Part shown: one piece after another, positions 47,112-59,800 of the stretch
How the letters are laid out: every line of letters starts with the position of its first letter
Position numbering within the stretch: position 1 is the first letter of the stretch
Origin: Protoeuglena noctilucae
Taxonomy: Eukaryota
Assembly (NCBI GenBank): GCA_958009085.1
Contig: OY253682.1
Location: 682,001 to 746,000 of the forward strand
Direction of reading: 5' to 3'
DNA: 64,000 nucleotides
Notes under the pieces: model-generated
What the model was told of the DNA's origin: nothing
Seen by the model: the letters and a program-made list of their open reading frames with translations, nothing else
Database searches by the model: none
Position numbers and translations under genes: made by a program

Positions 47112-50100
47112 TCAAAAGAGCGGATACGCGGGCGGAAAGTGGTCCAGTATCGCGCTGCGCTGCTTCCGCGCCCAGTGCTCCCACCCCAGCGCGTCCAGAA
47201 CCCGCGCCCGCATCTCGAGCGTTTCGCGCGAAGGCGTCCCCTCGTCCTTGACCTTGCGGTCCACGCACTTGAGCGCCGACGCCGGGCGCTCGTGTGCGAG
47301 CTCCCATCTCGCGTGCAATAGCGCGTACTGCGAAGAGACCCAGAAGACGGTTCCCCACCACGCCTCAACGCCCACGCCGACGCCAGCCGAAGGAACACCC
47401 TCTCCCCTTACCTTGGCGTCCTCTGCCGTGTCGACCCACGCCCTCAGAGCCTGCATGTCCTTGTCCAGCTCCTCCAGCGACCCCTGCCCCGCATCCAACA
47501 CGTCCGCCCCCGCCTGCACGCGGCGCTCCAGGGCCTCCACCAGCGCCCGCCGCTCCTCCTCCAGTCGCTGCAAAGGAGGTCAAGACCATACCAACAAATA
47601 AGAATCGTGCACAAGACGCCCCGCCACCGCCCTCACGTACCACACCTTCACCTCACAACGCCCCTCACCTTGCCCTCTGGGCTGCTCTTCTCCTCCTCCT
47701 CCTTGCACCGCATCGCCGCCCAGATGGCCACCTTGTCCCTGTCCACCGCACCCACCACCGCATCTGCGGCCTCCTGCACCCCCCGCAGGCGCTCCACCTG
47801 CTCCGCGGTCAGCGACCCGGACGCCTGCGCCTGGAAAGGGGGGCTCTGTGAGCGTCGCCAGCACCGACGCGACGCATGTCCCCAAGGTTACACACGCAGC
47901 CCCGCCACGGCTGCCGCTCACCAGTGCCTCCCGGGCCTCGTTGGCCCGCTTGTGCGCGGCCGACAGCTTCTCCAGCAGCAGGGGCAGGTGGTTGGGGAAC
48001 TCCTGGAGCACCTCGGCGCAGAGCGACTCGCGCAGCTCCGCCTGGGCGGCGTCGGCCGGGTCCAGGCCCTTGAGGAAGGAGACCTTGGCGTCCCGCATGG
48101 CCTCCCTCAGCTCCTTCTCCCCCTTCTCCGAGGCACCGCGGTCGTCCCCAGCCCCGCCCCCGTCGCGCTTCTTGGGCGCGGGAGGCACTGCGGGGACAGC
48201 GAGGGCCGTGGACCCCCTGCGAGCCGTGGGGCGCGTGGGAAGACACCCGCACGGCCGTGCCACCTGCCTCACCCGTGTAGCGCAGGCCCGCCTTCCCCAG
48301 CGGCTGGTCCGAGGGGCCCCACTTGAGCGTCCCCGTCATAACGCGCCCCTCGGCCGCGTCCTTGGGCAGCTTGTCCCACGGCGGCATCCCGGCAAAAAAC
48401 TTGACGCGCTCGCCGCGGTGCATGGCCTGCCCCTTGAACGCCTTGCCGCCCGACAGCGCCTCGGGCAGCGTCGCGTGCAGGGGCACGTCCACCGGCGTCG
48501 GCAGGCGGCGCTCCAGCACCAGGACCACGTCCCTGAGCTTCTCGAGGAGAGCGACGTTGTCGTGGCGCAGGCACACGCGGGCCATGTAGTCCCCCTTCTT
48601 CAGGTCGGCGTGCTCGGGGTAGATGTCCGAGACCAGCACGCGCCGCTTGTGGGCGTCAAACACCATCGCCATCTGGCTCTCGAGCGTCCCGTCGTAGACC
48701 TGTCGGTTGAGCAAGGGCAGCCGGGGAGTCACCTCGCCCGCCTCGGCCAGCGTGAACTTGTACGTAAGGAGGAGCTGGTGGGGCACGCGGTCGCCAGGCA
48801 TCATCAGGTCGCGCTCGTCGCTGCGGCCAGGGACAGACCGCCGGGCTCAAGCGCGCCTCGGGGCAACCATGCACTGCGGCTGCTGCGATGCGGCTCCTCG
48901 CCGGTAGGGCTCGATGGAGGACTCGGCGGGGCGCACGGGGATGCGGATGTCGGTGAGCTTGGCGGAGGGCTCCAGGCGCACGGGGCCCAGGGGGGCGAGG
49001 ACGGCGAGGGGGACGGGGAAGCCAGACCCGTCCACGTGGACGGTGCCCGAGGGGTCTGCGGTGGATGGAAACACGGAAATCTAACAACCCGCACCATTGT
49101 AGTGAGATGCGCCCTGAGCCCGGCAGGATGCAAGCTGCAGTCTGGCGCTCCGCCTCACTGGTGACGATGCCGTGGAAGGCGATCGTGGCGGCGATGGAGG
49201 ACACCCCTTGGGACAGCCAGTACTGTCCGATGGTGAGCTCGAGCGTCGCCCCGGGTACCAGGTGGTCCACGTGCCACTCGCGGCGCTCGCCCGTCCCCAG
49301 CGCCACCATGGAGCGGTCCTCCGTGTCACTGGGGGGGAGGGCGCGGCACAGAGGTGCGACGGGGATGCTGTGGACGGGAAAGGGGTCCTCAACACCCGAG
49401 AACCCACCTGTACCGCGTCTTGGGGAGGAGTTGCGTGGCGCGGACGAGGTACTGCCGTGGGGGGTGCGTGCCCACGCACGTCATGCGCAGCTGGGCCGTG
49501 CATGCGCCGTCCGGCACGCGCACGAACCGGCGCAGCTCAGTGCCGCCCGTGAAGTGCAGCGTGCCGAGGTCGAGCTCCCCGCGCTCATTGCAAGCCTCAG
49601 GGACCGTCACTATGGGAGGGGAAGGGGGGGCGATGGAGCTGACCACGACTGCATTCCCTGGGAGCGCCCTTCCTGTATTTGCCAGTCCCACCCTCACCCG
49701 TGATGGGCACGCGGAAGAGCGGCCCCCGCCACTCCGCCACGGCGTCCAGGCCCTGCACCTCTGCATAGTGCAGGCCCGGCGGCAGCGAGCCCGCCTCCAC
49801 CTTGACGCTGAACGACCGGCCGTTGTGCGGGACGAGCACCACCTGGGGGCAGGTCACCCACGGCGCCGACGCCACCAGGCGCAGGCGGTCCTCAATGGCG
49901 CAGCGCTCGGTGGCTGCGTCGACCAGGCGCGGGCATGTATCGCAGCTTCTACACACAGAGCCTGCAGCGGCCACAAAGGCGTGGGACACAACAACACCGA
50001 TGGCGGCCCAATCTTACCCACGTCGGCGTCCTCGCGCATCCTGGGCTCCACGGTGACTTGCGCCTCCACGCAGCCGTCGGACAGGGGGTCGCGCAGGTAC

Positions 50101-52842
50101 AGCCCGCGCCCCTCCTCGCCCCGGCTGTCCGTCCGCCGCACCCGCACCGCGTAGCGGTAGTCAGGCCGGTCGACCTCGACGCTCCGCTGCAGATAGGCCA
50201 TGGCTTCGTCGACGCGCAGCATCCCGCGCCCGCTCGTCAGCACCCAAGGGCCCACCCCCGTGCCCAGGGGGCTGCACGTGTTCTCCAGCGCCCGGCGCAC
50301 GCGCGCGGGGCTGAAAGACTGCGGGATGTGACATGGGGCGAAGGTGACGGTGCACACCTGTGGGGTGTCGACCACTGTATTCCGCACGCATGCATCCCGA
50401 TGCCTCGCTCGCCTGGCCCTCTTGCTTGAGACCTGAGATGACGCAGGCGATCCCCCCGCAGGCGTTGGGCGAGGACATGCTCGTGCCGTTCATCAGCTGC
50501 CGCTTCTGCTGCGTCCACTGCGGCACCGATGCCACGGCGCCCCCGGGCGCGGACAGCGTGACCCCGACTTCGCCGTCGTGGGTGGGGCCACGGGACGACC
50601 ACGTGTACTGCTGGCCGCTCTCCAGAGCGTCGCGTGCTGCGAGGGGTAGGCGACGGCGGCTAAGCACAAGGCATCCCTCGACAAACGAACCGCGCTCTTC
50701 CCGTGCCCCAGTTGCATCTCGGGTCTCACCCGAGTGCCCGGCGGCGGCGAGGGCAGGCGACACGTACGCCCCCACCGACACGATGCACGAGGTGGTGCCT
50801 CCGGGGGAGCCGGCGGTGGAGAGGGCGGGGCCTGCGTTCCCGGCCGAGGCCACGAACATCACACCGTGCTTCTCGACGATGTCCCTGGCCAGGTCCACGA
50901 ACCGCCCCGCGTCGGGGAGCGCGCCCGCCTCGCCGTAGCTCATGTTGATGAGGTCGGCGCCGTGTTGGCGGCACGCGGCGAGCGCCCGGGACAGACCGAT
51001 GATGGTCTCCATGGAGCTGCGAGCGCGTGGGGGCGCGTCGTTTCTTCCCTCAACTGCACACCATACAATGCCTGCCAGCTCATCCAGGCAACCGATGCTC
51101 TGGTGCCACGGCAAATCTCACCCGAGCCTCGAGTCGCCGATCTTGCAAGAGATGATCTGCGCGCCGGGGGCCACTGCGCGGGAAGGACGTCTTCCCTGTT
51201 CGATGCGGCACCTGCATCGACACCGCAGCAGGCACGCAGACACTCCCCCCTGCCCCTGCCTCACCGCCGTTCGGGGAGGGGTCCTCCGGATGGTGTGCCG
51301 CTGCGATGGCGGCCACGTGGGTGCCGTGGGGACTGGCGTCCGTTACGATGGACAGCACGTCGCCGTTCTGGTAGATGTTGAGGGCGAAGTTGTTCGAGTC
51401 CAGGGGCGTGAACGTGCCGTGCCGACGCTCGTCCCGGTAGTTGGTGAGGGGCGCGAAGTCCGCCAGCCTCCCCTTCTCGGAGCCTGGAGGGTACATGTCC
51501 GAGGTGTCGAGAGCCGCGCGCCACTTGTCGCCGTCGTGCCACACCACGCAGTGGACCATCGGACCCTCGTCTGCACGTATTGACGGGGATGCCGCATGCC
51601 ACACCGCCACGCAGACCCCACGCCCCCGCCTGTGCCGTGACCCGCCCTCCTCACCGCTCCACGACTCCATCATCTCCTCCAGCAGCTTCACCCGCGCCTC
51701 CAGCTCCCTCCGACGCCTCCTCCGCTCCTCCCCAGCCTGGCTCTTGCCGTTTTCGCGGTCGAAGGCCGCCAGGTCCCCCACAACTGCCTGCGGAACAGCG
51801 CGCGGCCAGATGCTGGCGTGGGCGGCCGCCGCTGCGCCCACGAGCGTCCGCATGTGATGTGCAACCCCGCTCCGCTCGCCTTGACCTTCTCCCGCTGCAC
51901 CTTCTCGAACTCCTTCCGCCGCTCCGCCTGCACCCTCTCCCGCAGCGGGGCCGTGAACAGGTCGTACGCACGCTTGTGGCCCACGCGCCACTTCCCTGTG
52001 GGGTTCGTCCACGCAGGATTGACGCGCATGACGTGGCCACCGTAGCCAGTGATCGCGCCATCCGCATCCGCCTCCACTGCGGCAAGCGGGAGGAACAGGG
52101 CCATCAGCAACTCAGCCAGAGGCCTCGCCGGCCAGTCCTCAACTGATCTATGACCCTCACCGATCTTGGACATGTCGACGTCGCCGGACCCCGTGCAGTC
52201 AATCACGTCCAGAATCTTGGGCTTCCCGTCCGTGGTGACATGCAGCCCTGGAGCAGCGGGGTCCACCCCCGAGTCGAAGATGGCAATAATGACGCCCCGG
52301 CCGTCGTAGGTGGGGTGCTTGGCCAGCAGCGCCAGTGCTCCGATCTCCTCCTTCGGCATGGCGCCCTGGAAGAGCCCCTGTACGTCCGCAGGCACCTCCG
52401 CAGAGGCCAGGGGCTCGACCTCCGACGTCGCCGCTTGGGCCGACGACGTGGAGGACGCCACGCCGGCCTTGCGGTCCCGACGCCGGGCCTGCTGGTGCGC
52501 CTGTGATTGGAGGGTGTCAAGGGCGGCCACCGGTGGCGACGGCGTCTGACCGGACGCCGTGGGGGACGAGGCCTGGGCGCGCAGGCTTGCGCCAAGGTAC
52601 GTGTCGGGCTGCATGGCCTGGACGCGATGCGCTGTCCTGCGTGGAGAAGGCGTACAGATGCGAGAGCTCGAAGCACGCAAGCCCAGCGACGTACGCGCCA
52701 GCGCGGCTGCGACTACGGGGTCGTCCCACGTTCCACGCTCCTCGGGCAGATCCCCGCACCTGCAAAGCTCCAGACGCGGAGTGCGCGGAGATGCAAGTAC
52801 TACAGAAGCCGTCGTGCTAGTTGCGCGACCGCGCAGGAGCAT
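47112..52842 (-). CDS. TPP2: Tripeptidyl-peptidase II (S8 subtilase)
   Basis: MPKEEIGA, IAIFDSGVDP (Asp), PHGTHVA (His), LMNGTSMSSP (Ser), C-terminal FPPAYPLF*; start uncertain. Confidence 0.96.
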
Positions 52843-53194
52843 CGCCCGCGAGTTCTTCGCGGCGCGCACCGCGTGAGTGGGACGGTCTAACCCGTCGTCG
52901 ACAGCGGTATAGACAGCGCTGTATAGTGATAGCCGACGATGACTTGGGGTCGCATCGGTGATAAGGAGCACCAGCGCTCTCCCGATTTCCCCCTTATCTC
53001 GTCACTGTTCCTCTCACTGTTTCCGACTGAGCACGAGGTGCCAGGATTGCCCATGCATCGTTGATGTGGGCCTAAACGGGTACTCCAGGACATCAAATCT
53101 CTGTCTCTGCACCCTGCGATAAGAGCCATTGGTCACCGCTGGCGGTTTGAGCGGCATCTGGCTGCAGGTCGCTTGCGCTTGCTTCTAAAGGGGC

Positions 53195-55347
53195 ATGAAG
53201 AAGCAAGCGCCCGCGAACACGGCTAGGGACCCTGACGGGGAAGGCGTGAACGGAGAGGGGGACCTCACCCCTCATCGCAATCCGCTCTACAGCCCTTCGC
53301 TCAGCTCGCGACGCATGAACTCCGTTCCCCAACCCGCGGGATCCGGCGCGATGCCGAGCTCTGGTGAAGCGCGATGGTTGATGCATGTTGTTCTGCTGGC
53401 AATGGCTTCATGCCCCGACTGATCCGGATTCCAGCCGCAACCACCCGGCCCAGCGTGGCCTCCCTGCCATTTCAAGATCTCGCCCCGCTCGCGAGCACGC
53501 GCAGACATTCTGAACCGCCTGGGCTTGAATCGGAACCCCTTCACGGACCGAACGGCGGAGAAGGCGCGGCTCGATCTGAGCGCGCTGTACGTCCACTCGG
53601 ACCTTCAGGGCTTCCAGCCCAACGAGACGACGTACGTTTTCTTCGGGAAGCGGGGGAGCGGCAAGACGACCATTCGGCTCCAGATGCAGGAGGCCTACCG
53701 GCGAGGGCAGCCGCGTGGTATCACCGACGGGGCGAGATGCCCGTGCCGTGGCGGGAAGCGGCCATTCCTTCGCCCCGCAGGTCTTACAACGAGAAGGCGG
53801 TGCGCGCCGGGGGCATGGGCCACCTGTTGGTGGACCTGAGTCGCCCCGGGAACGTCTCCTCGTGCCTGACCACGTTCAAGCGGGCCATCGCCTGCGCCGA
53901 GGACGCCTGGGACGCTGCCTTTGCCGAGCACTGGTCCGAGTCGGACGTGGTGGACTGCATCCTCAGCATCGCCAGCACGGAGCTGGTGGACCGGCTGACC
54001 AACCCCGACGACCCCCTCATGTCGGCGCGCATGGTGAAGCGCCTGCAGGCCGACCCACGCGCGGCGCGGCACATGCTGCTGCTGGCCCACCTCTACGCGG
54101 TGACGGACGCCTCGACGCTCGCGCGGCTGCGGGCGGACCTCACGCCGCCCCGCGACTGGACGCGGCTGCTGCGGGGGGCGGGGGTCGTCGGCGGGGTGGG
54201 GGCGGCTGTGGCAGGGGCATCCCGGGTGCCGCAGGTCCGGGAAGCGCTCGACCGGCCCCTGCAGCGGTGAGCAGGCCTCTCGTACGCACGGAGGGCGCCT
54301 CAGCATGACGGCACCCGTCCTTTGCTCATCTCACTGCCCCGTGCCGCTGCTTCCCTGCAGGGCTCGGGAGGAGACCGAGCGCACCTTCCCGTGGATCTTC
54401 TCGCACCCGCGGGTGGCGGCCACGGTCGCAGCGGCCACGGCGGGGGCGCTGCTCTACACGACCATGCAGGCGCGCGCCCGGTGGTCGCTGGCCCGGGCCG
54501 CGAGGCTCCAGCAGTGAGTGCGGCAGCGTTGCTGTGGCGGCATTGGCGGTGTAAGCGGTGCGAGGATGTTGTGGCTGCTCCCGTGCCCGCAGGCCCATCC
54601 GGGTGGTGCGCCACATCGACCCCGCCGTGCTGTCTTCCCTCCTCGACGCGCTCTTCACGCGCCAGGACCGCGCCGCCGACATCCAGACGCTCTACGTGGG
54701 CACTAGCACCTCGCAGAAGCTGGAGCTGCTGTACGAGGTGGCACGCGTGGTGGGGTTCGAGTCCGTGGCCGTCTTTGGGGACTGCTTCGACGAGTGCCCC
54801 CTGCTGGACCCCGTGGCGCACCCCACGGCGCTCAAGGTCTTCGCCTCCCGCATCTGCCGCAACGACCTCCTCTCCTGCGGCCGTCAGCACTGGTTCTTCC
54901 CCGACAGCCGCCTGGCGCTCGACCTCAGCACCGACCGCACGCTCAAGGAGGCGCGGTTCGACCGGCACTTCGTCAGGGACCTGCAATGGAGCCGCCACCA
55001 GCTCGAGCAGCTGGCACAGCGCCGGTTCGAGGCGGCCAGGGCGCACGGGAGCGGCGGGCAGGTGAGGGTGTGGGCGGTGCAGGGGCGCTGGCCCGGGACA
55101 AGCCCTGCTCGAGAGGCATTGTCATCGACCCTCGCTCCCCCTCCCCCAGGCCGCGTCCTTCGAGGATCTCTTCACGATGATTGGCGGCGAGGACTTCAGC
55201 TCGTACCTCTCCAAGGTCACCACGCCGCGCGAGCTGCTCATCATGATGACACAGCTGCTGACGCGCCTGGAGAGCAACCCGGGGGGGGCGCTCACGGCGC
55301 AGGACATGGAGATTGCCGTGGAGAAGGCCAAAGAGCAGAACGTCTGA
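53195..55347 (+). CDS. Uncharacterised P-loop NTPase with an internal hydrophobic hairpin
   Basis: LGLNRNPF...AE, Walker A GKRGSGKT, Walker B-like VAVFGDCFDE, LQWSRHQL...RRF, TPRELL; 5 introns. Confidence 0.75.
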
Positions 55348-55415
55348 GCAGCCTCGCCCGCGCTCGTTCAAAGAGACTCAATGCCAGCGGCAGCCGCGCG
55401 CGTTCGGTGGCCGTG

Positions 55416-56427
55416 TCATGGCTTGGCGGCGTCGTCCGCCCCCATCTGCGCCGCCAGTTTCGCGGCGAACGCGGCGACCTCGTCGTCCGACAGCGTCTCG
55501 GCAGCGCGGATGGCCGCCATGACCACCGCGGCCGCGCGGGGAGAGGACGCGTTGACCCACACGCGGCCGTTCATCCCCACCGCCACCTCGTACCGCACCA
55601 GCGCCCCCAGCTCGACCAAGATCGGGGCCGGCGGCCGGCTCAAAAGCCTGGGTGAGGCAAGGGCACTCGGTTGCGGGCAAACCAGTGGGGGCTGCCAACC
55701 ATGAGCCATGCACAGCGTCAAGCCCAGCGCGGCTCACCTGCGAGCCAGCCCCGTGGAGACCTCGATCAGGCACCCACTCTTGAGAATCCCGAACCCCATC
55801 GCCCGCTGCACCTGGTCGACGCACGAGAGCTCGGGGTCCAAGTCGCGACTTGCAGACTCCACCCGCGCGTACACCAGGTCCCCCGACTTGAGGTTGGGCC
55901 TGCGACGCGGGTCGAGGTGAATGGTATCCAAGGCAGTGGTATGGGCCGCCCAGCGCAGGGACAAGGCTGCCATGGAGCACCAACCCACCGGTTGCGCTGC
56001 GTGGCACCCTCGAACTTGAGCAGGCTGAGGGTGGCCCTGCTCGGTCCGCGGATGTCCACGAACGCGGTGTCACCCCCCTTCTCCCCCACCACGCCAATCA
56101 CGAGGTCGTCGACCTGGGGCACGTAGCGCTTTTGCGACGCCTCCACCCACAGTTTTCCCTGCACGGACAGGCCGCCTCTTGCGTGTCAACGGAGACAAAC
56201 TGATACTAAACAGCTTGCGGGCGGCGGGGTGACCAGCCGCGGCCGCGTGCCTGCGGCGTCTTGCGAAACACGCCGGGCTTGGTGACCATGATGCGGCCGT
56301 CTCGCGGGTGCAGTCCCTGGCCTATCTTAACCTCCCCAGTCTCTGGCAAGAGGGTTGGCACATCTCCCGGCAACACCGGTCGGTCCACCCACCCCCCGTT
56401 CCCACGCAGAGGCCCCTCCGCGGCCAT
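55416..56427 (-). CDS. RRP40: Exosome complex subunit RRP40
   Basis: VLPGD, QKRYVP..DDLVIGVV, FEGATQRNRPNLKSGDLVYARV, EVAVGMNGRVWV. Confidence 0.95.
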
Positions 56428-56847
56428 CCCTCCACCGATTCCCACCAAGTCGGCCCGCGACGCCCTCTACCAAGCACCCTGTCAGCTGATAAGCATGTAA
56501 AGACCCCGACCGCGCCCGAGGCGGCGCGTTATAGCAATTCCGTTCAGAGGATAGGCGAGCGACGGGTACGCTGGGCGGGATGGAGCGACTAGCGGGACGA
56601 AGCGGATGTATCTGAGCCACACGAGTTGACGCACGTGTGAGTGGGGGTCAGCGCCCATCGTCTCGGCTTGGATTGTCGCGGCAACCCCCCGACGCGGTTG
56701 CCAGTCCCTCGAAACCCTAGAGGGCAGACTCAATTGCTCTGGACAGACGCGGAGCGTGACAGGACTTTCTCTTAGTCCAGGTTGGTGGGGTTGCGGGCTG
56801 GGGAGAGGCGTACATCGACTAGATATCAGGGCCCTGCACCCCACACC

Positions 56848-59800
56848 ATGCCGGCTGCGGTGCAGTACAGCAGCGCGCTCGAGGTCCCGCGCCTCACGTC
56901 TGTGCTCCGCTCCCTGGCGGAAGGCGATGCAAAGGTGCGCACGCAGGCCCTCGCCTCGCGCGCAATCGCCCCCCGGCTAAGCGCGACTATCCTCCAAGCG
57001 CTCTCGTGTGGCGCAGACGCGGGATCTAAGCGCGTTGGCCGTGGAACGATCGGTATGGTTGCGGGAAGTGCAGGAGGAGCGCCGGAAGCGCAGCCGGCCC
57101 GCGCTGGCTGGCCCCTCCTTCCAGGCCCAAGTGCTTGGCGACCCAGCTAAGGCGCCAAAAGACGCCAAGACCGGTTATTCCATGTTTTTGCGAGCCGTTG
57201 GATCCATTCTCGGGTGCGTGACGTTTGTCGGAGGCCCCAGCTCTCGACACGGCAATCCGCAGCACGCTGCGTGCTGCGCCGCGCCTGGATTCTCGCCGCG
57301 CGCTCGCCGCCCCGCGGTCACAGCCGCTGCAAACGAGGGTGCGAAATCGCTGCAGTCTCTGAGCGCACGTCGCCGTCCGACTCCGCTGCAGTGGCTCGGA
57401 GGCCGCCGACCCAGAAGAGGTGCAGGAGGCGCTGCCCATGGTGTGGCAGGCACTGGTGGAGGCGGGGCCTCCGGACGCGAGGCATTTGCGCATCTTTGGA
57501 AGGGAGAAGGGTCGACTGTCGGCAGTCAGGTGCGCACCCGCTCGTGGCTTGCATCAAGGCGGAGAGAAGCGTGGCGCCGTGCCACCGCTCCTTCCTCGCA
57601 ATCCCCTCGCAGCGTGCACCAGCAAAGCCTCACGCGCGTCCTGGGATTCCCCGTCACGGACTCGGAGGCCGTCGCGGACGCCGTGGACCTGGTGGCCAAG
57701 CTGCAGCGATGGCAGGCCGGCGGAACCAGCCCTAACCCCGCCGTGTCTGGCCTGGCAGAGTTCGGTGCCGACCTCGAGGTAAGACGCGGCAGTCTGCGCA
57801 TGCTTGTGGTCGCGCTCGCCGCCGTGCAGCAGAGTGCCGGATGGTGATGGGTCCAAGGCCTGCTTCCCTTCCCAGGTGGTGGTGCCCCCGGGGGATGCGG
57901 CGACAGAGGAGGCAGTGCTGTTTCTGGCAGACGCGGACGCGGCGCGCCCGGTGCCCGTCGGGATGGGTCCGCGGGGCATGCTCGAGGAGTTGCTGGGGCT
58001 GGGCATGGCAGAGGCCGGCAGCCGACCAACAGCGGGCGGGGACGCACCGCAGGTGTGATGTGCCTGAAGCCATGTCAACGGCGGTCTCTTTTGCGAAACC
58101 GAAGCATGCATATTGAGTACCTCACGCCTGCGCATTTCGCGGTATCTCAGGCACGCCAAGCCCCCCCAAGTGCCCAGCCCGTGGCCCTGCGGGGCTTTGT
58201 GGCCGATGCGGCGCTGGTTGAGGACGAGGAGGACGCGGAGCGGTCGGGGGGCGGGCAGGTCCGTGAGGGCGTCACGGTCATGTGGCTGCAGCAGTGGGTG
58301 GCGACCACGGCCGCGCGCCTGGGGGCGGACTCGCGGGTGCTGGAGGGGACCGTGTGCCGGGTGCTGCTGGGCAGGGAGCCGGGAGAGGTGAGGGGAGAGA
58401 TGCGTTATGGACCGTCGCCTACACACAGCTCGGCAGTGGCCATGACTGAGCTCAACCTGAGGATGCTTGGGCGCCCTCGCGTGTTCTCCAGGTGTTGGCG
58501 GCGGAGCTGATGGACGTGCTGGGCCCGGCTGCCCTGGATGCGATCGGGGACCTGGTGGCGCGGCGCGAGGCGCTGTCGGACCGCATCCAGCGCATGGTAC
58601 GGGAGCAGCGAACGAAGGAGGCGGACGCGGGGCAGTCGGATGGGATGCCCGTGTACGGCCGCATGGTCACCGTCTCGTCTGAGGTGCGTGGCATGCGATG
58701 GGCAGTCATTGCGTTGCAAAGTGACTGAGGCACCTCGCGGATGGGGAGGGATGGCGGATTGGCTTCCTGAGGATGGGCGTGTGACGCATCGGATGCCGTT
58801 CGCTCGCCTTGTCTCAACCATATACGTCATCCTGACGTCAAACTGTGCTCTCTGCTCCTCACATTGCAGCGTGCCAAGCAGCGGGAGAAAGCCCTGCGCA
58901 AGGAGCGGCGGAAGGGGCGTGGTGCTGCGACCGACAACGACCTGGGCTGGCTGCTGGAGGTGGGGCTGGACGCGCTGGTGGAGCTGGAGCAGGCGGAGAT
59001 TGCTGCGGCCAAGTCGCTGCACGGGACGGACGGGCTGGGGCAGGGCGACGGGGCGGGCGCCGTGGGGGTGGCGCTGCCGGTGGGGACACAGCGGCGGAGC
59101 TTCAAGGGCTATGAGGAGGTGCGGGTGCCGGCAGGTGAGCTAGGGGGACCAGAGGGATGCGTTGTGCAATGTTCGGGAACTGGTGGGTGTCCAAAGCGTC
59201 TGCTGTATCTCATGGGCACGTCGTGTCGCATGGCCGCCCCTGCTCTCCTCACCATCGCAGCGCCCAAGTCCGAGATGGGAGAGGACGAGCGCCTGGTGCG
59301 CGTGGCGGAACTCGACGGCTGGGCCCAGTCGGCGTTCGAGGGATACGAGGCCCTCAACCGCATCCAGAGCCGGCTCTACCCCGTGGCCTACCACAGCAAC
59401 GAGAACATGCTGGTGTGCGCGCCGACGGGGGCGGGCAAAACCAACATCGCCATGCTGGCCGTCCTGCACGAGGTGGCCCAGCACATGCGGCACGGCGTGG
59501 TGCAGAAGGGGGACTTCAAGGTCGTCTACGTGGCGCCCATGAAGGCACTGGCGGCCGAGGTGACGAATGATGCGGCATCAGCGTGTACAATGGGTCATGA
59601 GCAATGTATGATAATGGAATGGTCGCATGTATTGGCCAGTCGTGCTCAAGCTACAACCCCCCCACCTCTGCCGCCCCTCAGGTGACGGCCACGTTCGGTC
59701 AGCGGCTGTCGGGGCTGGGCCTCAAGGTCCGCGAGCTGACGGGGGACATGCAGCTGTCGCGGAAGGAGATGGAGGAGACGCAGATGATCGTGACGACGCC

